This document shows positions 38,439 to 47,260 of a DNA stretch of 64,000 bases, piece after piece. The position numbers were made by a program, and so were the translations under genes. The stretch is from an uncultured Pelagibacteraceae bacterium (GTDB lineage Bacteria; Pseudomonadota; Alphaproteobacteria; Pelagibacterales; Pelagibacteraceae): positions 5,716-69,715 of the forward strand of contig CACDWM010000004.1 of NCBI GenBank assembly GCA_902556505.1. Direction: 5' to 3'. The stretch's first letter is position 1, and the number at the start of each line of letters is the position of its first letter. The notes below the pieces were generated by a model. It saw only the letters and a program-made list of their open reading frames with translations, was not told the DNA's origin and did no database searches.

Positions 38439-39205
38439 AGATAAACTTAAAAGAGATTGTTGAAAATTTAATTGATAATTTTTTAGAGGCTGGAGATTTG
38501 GCTATTCAATTAAGAGAAAAAGGTTTAATAAAAAAAATTAAGCCAGATAACACTCCAGTAAGCAATGGTGATTTGGAAGTAAACAAATTAATATCAAAAA
38601 AAATTTCAGAAGTTACTCCTAATTTACCTATCATTTCAGAGGAGACTTCTGAAAATAAAGATGACCTAAATTTAAAAGATTTCTGGCTTGTTGATCCTAT
38701 TGATGGAACTTATGATTATATTAATAATTTAGAAGAATTTACTATTAATGCTGGTTTGATAATCAATAACAAACCTGTTGCAGGATTAATAAATGCTCCT
38801 GCAAAAAAAAGAATGTTTTACTCATATGAAAAAGGTAATGCTTTTGAGCTTAGCAACGGTAAAAAAACAAACTTAAGCAAATTACCTGTCAAGAAATCAC
38901 AAAATTTAAAATTTATTTCATACTCAACTAAAACAAAACCTGAGATTCAAAAAATTTATGATGATTTGGGGGTAAAAGAAAATATTAGAATGAAAAGTTC
39001 TTTGAAATTCTGTGTCGTTGCCACTGGTGAATATGATGGTTATGTTGCTGAACCTAGGGCGTATGAGTGGGATATAGCAGCTGGTCATGCAATTTTAGAA
39101 CATGCGGGTGGAACTGTAAGTGATTTTGAAGGAAATGAAATTTTGTATGGTAAAAAAGATTTAAAAAATCCAAGTATAATTTTGAAAAATAAAAATATTT
39201 TATAA
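38435..39205 (+). CDS. cysQ: 3'(2'),5'-bisphosphate nucleotidase (inositol monophosphatase family)
   Basis: KPDNTPVS..D, IISEE, WLVDPIDGT, SSLKFC, EWDIAAGHAIL. Confidence 0.88.
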   Translation: MKINLKEIVENLIDNFLEAGDLAIQLREKGLIKKIKPDNTPVSNGDLEVNKLISKKISEVTPNLPIISEETSENKDDLNLKDFWLVDPIDGTYDYINNLEEFTINAGLIINNKPVAGLINAPAKKRMFYSYEKGNAFELSNGKKTNLSKLPVKKSQNLKFISYSTKTKPEIQKIYDDLGVKENIRMKSSLKFCVVATGEYDGYVAEPRAYEWDIAAGHAILEHAGGTVSDFEGNEILYGKKDLKNPSIILKNKNIL

Positions 39206-39348
39206 TGGATGAACAATTAAGAATAATACTAATAATTATTGTTTCTGTTTCAATTTTTGGATTATTGGTATTTGTTTTTGTAAAAAATTACATAAGAAAT
39301 AAAATAAATCTGCTTGTAAAAGAAGAAAAAGATAAAAAGTCAAAGTAG
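39205..39348 (+). CDS. Small single-TM protein (47 aa, not in ORF track)
   Basis: MDEQLRIILIIIVSVSIFGLLVFVFVKNYIRNKINLLVKEEKDKKSK*; TAATG coupling to cysQ. Confidence 0.7.
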   Translation: MDEQLRIILIIIVSVSIFGLLVFVFVKNYIRNKINLLVKEEKDKKSK

Positions 39349-39903
39349 ATTTATTATTTTTAGATATTCATTTTTTTCTATATCCATTACTTTTTTTGAT
39401 GTTTCAAAATCAAAACCATTTCTTGCGAGTAAAGATATATCTTTTTTATAAAATAAAGTTCTATTACCCTCTGCTCTAGCTGGACCAATTCTTTTCTTTT
39501 TACATAATTTTATTGCAGAAAAAAAATCTTGATCCGAATTATCTTCTTTTATTTTATCGACTGTATCTTTAATAAATGTTTCGTTAATTCCTTTTCCAAT
39601 TAGATAATTTCTAATCTTATTAATTGAGTTTCCTCTTTGAATCATGCTTTTAGCTTTACTTTCAGAATAAAATTGATCATTTATAAATTTGTTTTTTTCT
39701 AAGTCGGACAAAACAATATCAATCAATTTATTTACATCTTTTTTTCTTACATCAGACGCTGATAGTTTCATATATTTTTTTAATAAATAAGTTTTGAGTT
39801 GTTGTTTTGAAGGAGCATATTTTTCAACATAAGCAAAGGCAAAATTACGCATCTCATCAACAGTTACTTGAAGTGTTTTTTTTCTATTTCTTATAGGAAT
39901 CAT
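39340..39903 (-). CDS. recX: RecX-family regulator
   Basis: A..YV.KYA.S...L..YL, INDQFY, RG.S...I...L..KG, LARNGF. Confidence 0.85.
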   Translation of the reverse strand: MIPIRNRKKTLQVTVDEMRNFAFAYVEKYAPSKQQLKTYLLKKYMKLSASDVRKKDVNKLIDIVLSDLEKNKFINDQFYSESKAKSMIQRGNSINKIRNYLIGKGINETFIKDTVDKIKEDNSDQDFFSAIKLCKKKRIGPARAEGNRTLFYKKDISLLARNGFDFETSKKVMDIEKNEYLKIINLL

Positions 39904-39929
39904 TGTTAGATTTAATATAATATATCTAA

Positions 39930-40403
39930 ATGATTGAACAAATTTATACTTATTTCACAATTGAGACACTTTACATGTGGATCAACCTTGGTGTTCTACC
40001 TTTTTGGTTTATCTTAATAGTATTTCCTCAATCACATTTAAGTAGAATTTTTGTAACATCAATTTTTCCCTTTTTTATATTAAGTGGTGTTTATATCTTC
40101 ATTTTATATAAATCTTATTTAATTGGTTATGATTTTGATGGAAATTTCTCTCTTTACTTAGGTCTAAACGAGTTGTCTAGATTGTTTGAAGATCATTTGT
40201 ATATAATGATATTTTGGACTCACTTTATAGCAATAAACTTATTTATTGGTGGTTGGATTGTTAAAGATTCTCAAAAGTTTTCTATAAATAAAATTTTGAT
40301 GGCTGTGCCATTAATTGTGACTTATTTAATTGGTCCAATAGGTTTGTTTTTATACTGGATAATAAGAATTTTTTACGCGAAAAGAATAAGTTTATATGAG
40401 TAA
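39930..40403 (+). CDS. ABA4-like / DUF4281 membrane protein
   Basis: VLPFW.ILI..P, WTHFIAINLFIG.WI..D, GPIGL..Y. Confidence 0.85.
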   Translation: MIEQIYTYFTIETLYMWINLGVLPFWFILIVFPQSHLSRIFVTSIFPFFILSGVYIFILYKSYLIGYDFDGNFSLYLGLNELSRLFEDHLYIMIFWTHFIAINLFIGGWIVKDSQKFSINKILMAVPLIVTYLIGPIGLFLYWIIRIFYAKRISLYE

Positions 40404-40974
40404 TCATATAGATTTTTATTTCGATATAATTAGCCCATATGCATATATTGCACACAAAAAAATTCTTAAACATAAAAATATCATATTTAATTACAAACCA
40501 GTATATTTAGGTGGTCTTCACAAGCTAGCTGGAATTGATTCTCCTGCATTTAATAAATTCAAATTGAAAAATAATATAAACGATTGCAATTTGGTATCTG
40601 AGAAAAATAATATTGAATTCAAATGGAATTCTAATTTTCCAATAAATTCTTTAAATATAATGAGGGGATATATTAGTGTTAGTAAGGATAAGCAAAATGA
40701 TTACTTAAATTGTTTTTTTGATGGTTATTGGAAAGATAATCTTGACTTATCGAATGTTGAAATTATGTCAAAATTAATAAGGGATTTAAGTATTGATAGT
40801 GATGAATTTTTTCAATCCATAAAAAAACAATCAGTTAAAGATCAATTGATTAAATTAACAACTGATGCTTTTGAAAAAGAAGTTTTTGGAACTCCAACCT
40901 TTATAGTTAATAATAAAATTTTTTGGGGGCAAGATAGACTTGAATATGCTTTAGAAGAAATTGTTACTAATTAA
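40396..40974 (+). CDS. DsbA-like 2-hydroxychromene-2-carboxylate isomerase (kappa GST) family protein
   Basis: FYFDIISPYAY, FPINS, VFGTPTF, FWGQDRL. Confidence 0.92.
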   Translation: MSNHIDFYFDIISPYAYIAHKKILKHKNIIFNYKPVYLGGLHKLAGIDSPAFNKFKLKNNINDCNLVSEKNNIEFKWNSNFPINSLNIMRGYISVSKDKQNDYLNCFFDGYWKDNLDLSNVEIMSKLIRDLSIDSDEFFQSIKKQSVKDQLIKLTTDAFEKEVFGTPTFIVNNKIFWGQDRLEYALEEIVTN

Positions 40975-41354
40975 ATTATTTTAAATTTACTACTAACTAG
41001 AGAGCCAAAACCACCATCAATATGTGATACTTTTTGATATCCCATATCTTTTAATGATTTTACAGCTAAGGCTGATCTTACACCTCCTGCACAAAATAAA
41101 ACAAATTCTTTATTTTGGTCTATTTGTCCATTTTGAAATACCGGGCTATTAGGATCTAGATATACTTCAAGCATTCCTCTTGGAATATGGCTTGCTCCTT
41201 CAACACTACCAGTGTTTTCTAGCTCATTACTTTCTCTTATATCAATAAGATTACAATTTTTATTTTGTACCATTTGATAAGCTTCATCAGCATCAATTGT
41301 TTTAATTTCACTCATTGCCTCAGAGACTAAATTTTGGATTGTTTTAATGGTCAT
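40971..41354 (-). CDS. Single-domain rhodanese-like protein
   Basis: IDIRE..E, HIPRGMLE, FCAGGVRS, IDGGF. Confidence 0.93.
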   Translation of the reverse strand: MTIKTIQNLVSEAMSEIKTIDADEAYQMVQNKNCNLIDIRESNELENTGSVEGASHIPRGMLEVYLDPNSPVFQNGQIDQNKEFVLFCAGGVRSALAVKSLKDMGYQKVSHIDGGFGSLVSSKFKII

Positions 41355-41400
41355 AATTTTATTTTAAATTACCTTAAAAGGATTATATTGCTACAAAATT

Positions 41401-41871
41401 ATGTTAAAAATTAACTCTAAAGCTCCATCATTTGTAGTTCCATCAACAACAAATAATAAATACTCATTAAAAGATTCAATTGGGAAATATGTTGTTTTGT
41501 ATTTCTATCCTAAAGATGACACGCCTGGATGTACCATTGAAACTAATGATTTTAATAAACTTCTTCCTAAATTTAAAAAGTTAGATTGTGAAGTATTTGG
41601 GGTTTCAAAGGATAGTTTAAAAAGTCATGATAAATTTAGAGATAAATATAAAATCAAATTCGACTTACTTGCAGACGAAGAAATTAAAGTTCTTAAAAAG
41701 TATAAAGTTTGGGGTAAGAAAAAATTTATGGGCCGTGAATTTATGGGAATAATTAGATCGACTTATTTAATCGATAAAAAAGGCAAAATACTTAAGGTTT
41801 GGGATAATGTTAAAGTGAAAGACCATGCTAAGGAAGTATTAAAAACTCTCGAAAATATTATAAAAAAATAA
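41401..41871 (+). CDS. bcp: Thioredoxin-dependent peroxiredoxin Bcp
   Basis: YFYPKDDTPGCTIE, GVSKD, RSTYLID. Confidence 0.95.
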   Translation: MLKINSKAPSFVVPSTTNNKYSLKDSIGKYVVLYFYPKDDTPGCTIETNDFNKLLPKFKKLDCEVFGVSKDSLKSHDKFRDKYKIKFDLLADEEIKVLKKYKVWGKKKFMGREFMGIIRSTYLIDKKGKILKVWDNVKVKDHAKEVLKTLENIIKK

Positions 41872-41902
41872 AAAAAAGACCCCTTATTTCTAAGGGGCCT
41901 TT
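41870..41902 (-). terminator. Rho-independent terminator (amtB side; probably bidirectional)
   Basis: Minus strand AAAGGCCCCTTA-GAAA-TAAGGGGTCTTT followed by a T run; GNRA loop and a G-U pair favour the minus strand. Confidence 0.92.
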
Positions 41903-41992
41903 AGTTAACTAACTAGAGAGAGAGATTATAGTTAATTCTTTTTATTAGAGGCTCTTCAATGAGATAACGACATGGAGATCGAAGAGCCTCTA
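41870..41992 (-). ncRNA. Candidate structured RNA in the amtB 3' region (two CU-loop hairpins plus terminator)
   Basis: 12-bp stem 41946-41957/41981-41992, 7-bp stem 41905-41911/41929-41935 with a UCUCUCUCUCU loop, then terminator. Confidence 0.55.
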
Positions 41993-42004
41993 TATTGCAT
42001 ACAA

Positions 42005-43306
42005 TTAGTCTCGTATTGCGTATGCTATTACTCCTGTTTCTGTAACGTCAGTACCTTTGGTTTCAGCTTCTTTACTTAATCTAATTCCAAACGTAGCTTT
42101 CATTATTGACCAGATTATATAGGACACAACAAACACAAAAATGTTAATTGAAAGTACACCGATTAATTGTGCACTAAACGATGCATCAGCGTTTGTTAAT
42201 GGCACTGCTAATGTTCCCCAAATACCAGCAAACATGTGAGCTGGAATTGCACCTACAACATCGTCAAGTTTGAAACTGAATAATAATTTAGTTCCAAATA
42301 CTACGATCAATCCACCTACAGCTCCAATGAAAATAGCTGCCAAAGGTGTTGGTGCTAATGGTTCAGCTGTAACAGCTACAAGACCACCAATTGCTCCGTT
42401 TAACATTTGAATTACATCTGTTTTACCAAACATTAATCTTGTGATTATTGCAGCAGCCATAACACCACCACAAGCAGCAAGATTAGTATTGATAAATATT
42501 GCTGATACAGCAACTGCATCATCAAATGTTCCAATAGCTAGTTGAGATCCACCATTGAATCCAAACCAACCTAACCATAATATAAATACTCCAACTGTTA
42601 CTAATGGGATTGAAGAAGCTGCGAAAGGTTTGATTGCTTTCGCCTCACCTTTACTATCAAATCTTCCATATCTAGCACCTAACAACATGATACCTGCTAA
42701 AGCAGCCGCACCACCTGTTGAGTGTACTAATGTCGAACCAGCAAAATCAGAGAAGCCTAGTTCTGCTAACCAGCCTCCACCCCATTGCCAACCCATAACG
42801 ATTGGATAAATAATTCCAGCTAAAATAGCTGCAAATAAAAAAAACGGCCATAGCTTAATTCTTTCAGCCATAGCACCTGAACAAATTGAAACTGTTGTTG
42901 CACAGAATACCATTTGGAAGAACCAGTCAGAACCGTCAGCATAACCTGTATCAACTGCACTTGCATCTGACCAAGGTGTAAATGTTCCAATGTATCCTCC
43001 TTCAGGAATTCCATAAGCTAAATTATAGCCAAAAAGCCAAAACATAATTCCGGCAATTGAATATAGGCCTATATTTTTAGCACAAATTACTGATACACTT
43101 TTTGAAGTTACCATACCAGATTCTAGCATAGCAAAACCTGCTGCCATGAACATGACAAGGAAACCACAAATTAAAAATAGTAGCGAATTAAATATCGCTT
43201 GAACTTCTCCAGAGACAGTTGTCTCTGCCATACCTGCACTACTCATGTTTAATAAAAATATTAAACTAAGAAGTGGTGCTGATATTTTTTTTATTATTTT
43301 AGTCAT
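42005..43306 (-). CDS. amtB: Ammonium transporter
   Basis: FAMLESG, FFQMVF, DFAGSTLVH, LWLGWFGFNGGS, LDDVVGA.PAH; GGAGG RBS. Confidence 0.97.
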   Translation of the reverse strand: MTKIIKKISAPLLSLIFLLNMSSAGMAETTVSGEVQAIFNSLLFLICGFLVMFMAAGFAMLESGMVTSKSVSVICAKNIGLYSIAGIMFWLFGYNLAYGIPEGGYIGTFTPWSDASAVDTGYADGSDWFFQMVFCATTVSICSGAMAERIKLWPFFLFAAILAGIIYPIVMGWQWGGGWLAELGFSDFAGSTLVHSTGGAAALAGIMLLGARYGRFDSKGEAKAIKPFAASSIPLVTVGVFILWLGWFGFNGGSQLAIGTFDDAVAVSAIFINTNLAACGGVMAAAIITRLMFGKTDVIQMLNGAIGGLVAVTAEPLAPTPLAAIFIGAVGGLIVVFGTKLLFSFKLDDVVGAIPAHMFAGIWGTLAVPLTNADASFSAQLIGVLSINIFVFVVSYIIWSIMKATFGIRLSKEAETKGTDVTETGVIAYAIRD

Positions 43307-43402
43307 TAGACCTCCACTTGTTTAAGTGGTGTTTTATAGTTTTATAAATTTTTAAAACTAACGCTGATTAGGAAAAGTGGCTATGCAGTTTTTGCATATA
43401 GA

Positions 43403-43441
43403 AACAGCCCTAAACGTGCTTTTGTAACGTTTAGGGCTGTT
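43403..43441 (-). terminator. 15-bp stem-loop after the HU gene (terminator-like, weak U tract)
   Basis: AACAGCCCTAAACGT-9nt-ACGTTTAGGGCTGTT perfect inverted repeat 11 nt after the HU stop. Confidence 0.75.
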
Positions 43442-43452
43442 GAAAAAGAATA

Positions 43453-43728
43453 TTATCTGTTGAATACTTCTTTTAAAGCTTTAGCTGGTAAGAATTTTAC
43501 CTTTTGAGAAGCAGCAATTTGAATCTGCTCACCCGTTCTTGGGTTTCTTCCAACTCTTGCTTTTCTTTTTGCTACTTTGTACGTACCAAACCCAGCAATT
43601 TTTACAGAGTCATCACCTTTTAGAGCGTCTAAAATAGTGTTGGTAATTGTATCAAAAGTTCGCTCAGCATCCGCTTTGCTCAAATTTAATGAGCCAGAAA
43701 GCTTAGCAATTAGTTGTTTTTTGTTCAT
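43453..43728 (-). CDS. hup: DNA-binding protein HU
   Basis: MNKKQLI, GFGTYKV..RKARVGRNPRTGE.I.I, GGAG RBS. Confidence 0.97.
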   Translation of the reverse strand: MNKKQLIAKLSGSLNLSKADAERTFDTITNTILDALKGDDSVKIAGFGTYKVAKRKARVGRNPRTGEQIQIAASQKVKFLPAKALKEVFNR

Positions 43729-43885
43729 TTTAGCTCCGGTTTTGTTGGTTAATATTTATACTTCTCATAAACGTTGATAAATCAAGCTTTTTTTTAGTGT
43801 TTAATTTTTTAGAACACACAATATCTTGTAAAAACATAAATAAACGTTGGTTTTATTGACTTTTTTTAACTTTTAAATATGTGAA

Positions 43886-44998
43886 TTATCTAAATAAACC
43901 TAAGTCTTTTAGGTCATTAAATGTGGTGAAAAACATCAATGATAGCAACAAAAACAAACCGATTCGAAAAAAACCCTCTTGAGTTTTTTGTGACAAAGGT
44001 CGACCTAAAACTTTCTCAAATGCGTAAAACATTAAATGTCCTCCATCTAACATTGGTATTGGAAATAGGTTTATAAGTCCTAAACTTATTGAGATATAAG
44101 CCATCATACTAATGAATGCTAACACTCCAAACGTTGCAACTTGTCCAGAAATTTTAGCAATTCTAATTGGTCCTCCTAATTGAGAAGTATCTGCTTTACC
44201 TAAAATCATACCTCCTATGTATTTAAGTGAGGAAATACTTACAAAATAAACCTCATTTGCTGCATGATACAGTGCTTTTACAGGTCCTAATTTAACATGA
44301 TTAATTTTATCATTATAAGCTGATAATTTTATACCAACCATCCTTTTGTTTATCTTGTTCCCTAAACCATCATCACCTTCAACAACATTAGGTTTTACTT
44401 TTAATATCAATTCATCATAGGAACGCTTAACTTTAAAATCTATAAAATCACCAGTAGACAAGGTTATAAATTTAGAAACCTCCATAATACTTTTAACCTT
44501 ATTTCCATCAATTTCTAAAATTATATCTTGATCTTTAAGTCCTCCAATCATCGCAGGACTGTCTTTTTGAACTTCGCTGATTACAGCAGGAGTAAAATCT
44601 TTACCAACGAAAGTATAAAGACAAAAAAATATAACTAAAGCTAATAAAAAATTAGCTAAAGGGCCACCAAACACAATTAATGCCCTTTGATATAAAGGTT
44701 TTAAAGTAAATAATTTTTCTCTTTCTTCTTCATTGTATTTTTCTAATATTTCTTGATGATCAGCCTGAGAATAAACATTTCTATCTCCAAAAAATTTCAC
44801 ATATCCACCTAAAGGAATTGCACATATTTTCCATCTTGTGCCTGATTTATCATTCCAACCAAATAACTCTTTACCAAAACCAATTGAAAAATCTGTAACA
44901 CCTACTCCATATTTTCTTGCAAAATAGTAGTGTCCATATTCATGTATAAAAACAACTACTAAGATAAGTATTAAAAATGGAATAATATAAGTAAACAT
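43886..44998 (-). CDS. rseP: RIP metalloprotease RseP
   Basis: HEYGH, FSIGFG, PLGGYVK, PDZ, NLFPIPMLDGGH. Confidence 0.97.
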   Translation of the reverse strand: MFTYIIPFLILILVVVFIHEYGHYYFARKYGVGVTDFSIGFGKELFGWNDKSGTRWKICAIPLGGYVKFFGDRNVYSQADHQEILEKYNEEEREKLFTLKPLYQRALIVFGGPLANFLLALVIFFCLYTFVGKDFTPAVISEVQKDSPAMIGGLKDQDIILEIDGNKVKSIMEVSKFITLSTGDFIDFKVKRSYDELILKVKPNVVEGDDGLGNKINKRMVGIKLSAYNDKINHVKLGPVKALYHAANEVYFVSISSLKYIGGMILGKADTSQLGGPIRIAKISGQVATFGVLAFISMMAYISISLGLINLFPIPMLDGGHLMFYAFEKVLGRPLSQKTQEGFFRIGLFLLLSLMFFTTFNDLKDLGLFR

Positions 44999-45109
44999 AC
45001 CTTAAATATATTTATATTTATAATTAACTCAACAAGCTAAAATGCCTTATTATTACTATAATCTATATTTTATTTTAAATTTTGATAATAAATACTGTAT
45101 AATATTTGT

Positions 45110-45595
45110 ATGCCTTCATTTGATGTAATTAGTAAAATAAATTATCAAGAATTTGATAATGCTTTAGCTAATTGTTTGAGAGAAATCAGTAATCGTTATG
45201 ACTTTAAAGGGCTTAATATTTCGATTGAACGAAAAGATAAAACGGTTACTACCAATGCACCTGATGAATTAAAATTAAAGCAAGTAAATGAATTATTACA
45301 AACCCATTTAGTTAGAAGAAAAGTAGACCCAAGAGTATTAGAGATTAAAAACTCAGAGGGAGCTTCAGGAGGATCGATTAGACAAGTAATTGAATTAAAA
45401 GATGGAATTAGCCAAGAAAATGCTAAAAAAGTTATTGCTGATATCAAAAAACTAAAACTTAAAATTCAAATTAAAATCCAAGGTGATGAATTAAGAGTAG
45501 ATGGTAAAAAGAAAGATGATCTTCAAGAAGCTATCGCTGCAATTAAAGTAATTGATATTGGGCTTCCAATTGATTTTGTTAATTTTAGAGACTAA
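45110..45595 (+). CDS. yajQ: YajQ-family nucleotide-binding protein
   Basis: MPSFDV, RYDFKG, IQGDELRV.GKKKDDLQ, NFRD. Confidence 0.97.
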   Translation: MPSFDVISKINYQEFDNALANCLREISNRYDFKGLNISIERKDKTVTTNAPDELKLKQVNELLQTHLVRRKVDPRVLEIKNSEGASGGSIRQVIELKDGISQENAKKVIADIKKLKLKIQIKIQGDELRVDGKKKDDLQEAIAAIKVIDIGLPIDFVNFRD

Positions 45596-46216
45596 TTAAA
45601 CTTTTTGAATTAAGAACGCGCTATTATTTGAAGGCTTATTAACGTCTTTTGAAACTTCATGAAAAATTAAGTTGGGAATTTTACGTTCTTTTAAAAACGT
45701 TGAACCTTGTAATTCTAAATTTAAGTATCGATTAATATCAGCTTGATTTAAAATAACTGGTTGTCTATGGTGAATTTCATTTATATTTTCTTTTGCTTCC
45801 TCTGTAATCAAACAGAACTGATCATTTTCAAAGATGCCAGCAAAATAAATAGGGTTAGTATCTTCGCGGGTAAAATAATGAGGGGTTTTTTCTTTATCTT
45901 CTCTTTTCCACTCATAAAAACCATCTGCAACTGCAACACATCGGTTGTTTCTTATCAATTTTTTAAATGAAACTTTTTCATCAATGGTTTCAAGTCTTGC
46001 ATTAATCAAAGCTTTAAAATCTTTTTCTTTAGCCCATCCTGGAACTAAACCCCATTGTAGATTTTCTAAAGTATTTCCATTTTTATATTTTTTTATTACA
46101 GGTAGTTTTTGATATGGATGAGCGTTATAGTTTTCAGTATCTTCAACCTGAATTGCAGATTTTACTAATTTATTTGTTTTTGTTACGGGGTTTTTTACTA
46201 CGTATCTTCCACACAT
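45596..46216 (-). CDS. SOS response-associated peptidase (SRAP/YedK) family
   Basis: MCGRY, WGLVP.W, INARLET, GFYEW, IHHRQP. Confidence 0.95.
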   Translation of the reverse strand: MCGRYVVKNPVTKTNKLVKSAIQVEDTENYNAHPYQKLPVIKKYKNGNTLENLQWGLVPGWAKEKDFKALINARLETIDEKVSFKKLIRNNRCVAVADGFYEWKREDKEKTPHYFTREDTNPIYFAGIFENDQFCLITEEAKENINEIHHRQPVILNQADINRYLNLELQGSTFLKERKIPNLIFHEVSKDVNKPSNNSAFLIQKV

Positions 46217-46764
46217 TATATTGTTTGTTGTTTCATTAATTCTTCTATTTGCTTAATCATTATTTTTGGTGATCTCATAGCAGGGTAAATTTCTTGCGCT
46301 TGCTCATAACTTCTTATTGCTTTTTCATAATTTTTTAGCTGAATATTTACTAAACCCTGCCCTGCTAAAGCTCCAAAGTGTCTTTGTTCTAAGGCTAATA
46401 CTTGATCGATATCATTTTGAGATTTTTCAAATTCTCCTAGCATATAAAGCACAGTTGCTCTTTTATTCCATGCCTCAGCCCAATTTTGATCAAGATTAAT
46501 CACTTCAGTAAAAATATCTTTTGCTTTTATATAGTTTTGATCTCTCACAAATTGAGAACCTTCCTCTAATCTTGCAGTAAGTTTTTCATCTGTTGGATGC
46601 GTACTCCATAAAGCCCAAATTTCTTGTTCAATTATAAAAGCTACTTTCGATTTATTTGCTTTTAACTCATTAAACAATTGGTTCAGTCTAGTATCCCTTT
46701 CATTTGCAAAAGAGCTAAACTGTGAAAATAAATAAACTAAAATTACAAAGAATAATTTCTTCAT
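46216..46764 (-). CDS. Exported TPR protein
   Basis: Signal peptide, WAEAWNKRAT, RHFGAL.GQG TPR units. Confidence 0.9.
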   Translation of the reverse strand: MKKLFFVILVYLFSQFSSFANERDTRLNQLFNELKANKSKVAFIIEQEIWALWSTHPTDEKLTARLEEGSQFVRDQNYIKAKDIFTEVINLDQNWAEAWNKRATVLYMLGEFEKSQNDIDQVLALEQRHFGALAGQGLVNIQLKNYEKAIRSYEQAQEIYPAMRSPKIMIKQIEELMKQQTI

Positions 46765-46804
46765 TGTTAAATATTATCAAATATTAGAATTAGAGTCTTT
46801 GGTC

Positions 46805-47260
46805 TTAAGTGTCTTTGTTGTTATTTTTACAACTATAAAAAGAAATATCTTTTTCTTTTTCCTCTTGTTTTATATTGGTTGTGATTTCGTGAATAAGTTC
46901 GCCTGTTTTTCTTGTATAGACTGCAGACTCTGAATAATTCCTCTCTTTATCGAATGCTTGAATTAAAAATATATCCTTGTTTGAAATTTTAACCTCTAAA
47001 TCAATTTTATTAAAAAATTCTGATAAATTTTTAACATTTAGAACATCTGGTGATTTAGACTCGATTATTAACTTATTAATATCTTTTCTTTTAATTTGAT
47101 CTTTTGTGAAAGATTCAAAGTTATAGTCTGGATTTTTTAATATTACTTTTTCAAATTTACAATTTAAGTTTAAATCAGAATTTAAAGTAATATTTGTATT
47201 TTGAGCCTGAGCAAAACTAAGGCAACATAATAAGCTAAATATTGATAGAAAAATTTTCAT
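46805..47260 (-). CDS. Hypothetical exported protein
   Basis: Signal peptide, Cys near both ends of the mature chain. Confidence 0.75.
   Translation of the reverse strand: MKIFLSIFSLLCCLSFAQAQNTNITLNSDLNLNCKFEKVILKNPDYNFESFTKDQIKRKDINKLIIESKSPDVLNVKNLSEFFNKIDLEVKISNKDIFLIQAFDKERNYSESAVYTRKTGELIHEITTNIKQEEKEKDISFYSCKNNNKDT

Noticed and set aside
43382-43398. NtrC site upstream of amtB
   Set aside because: TGCA half-sites are 5 nt apart rather than 9, and I saw no convincing sigma54 -24/-12 pair; kept only as an unassigned palindrome.
45596-46216. SRAP gene as prophage or mutagenesis-cassette marker
   Set aside because: No umuDC/imuABC or phage genes adjacent.
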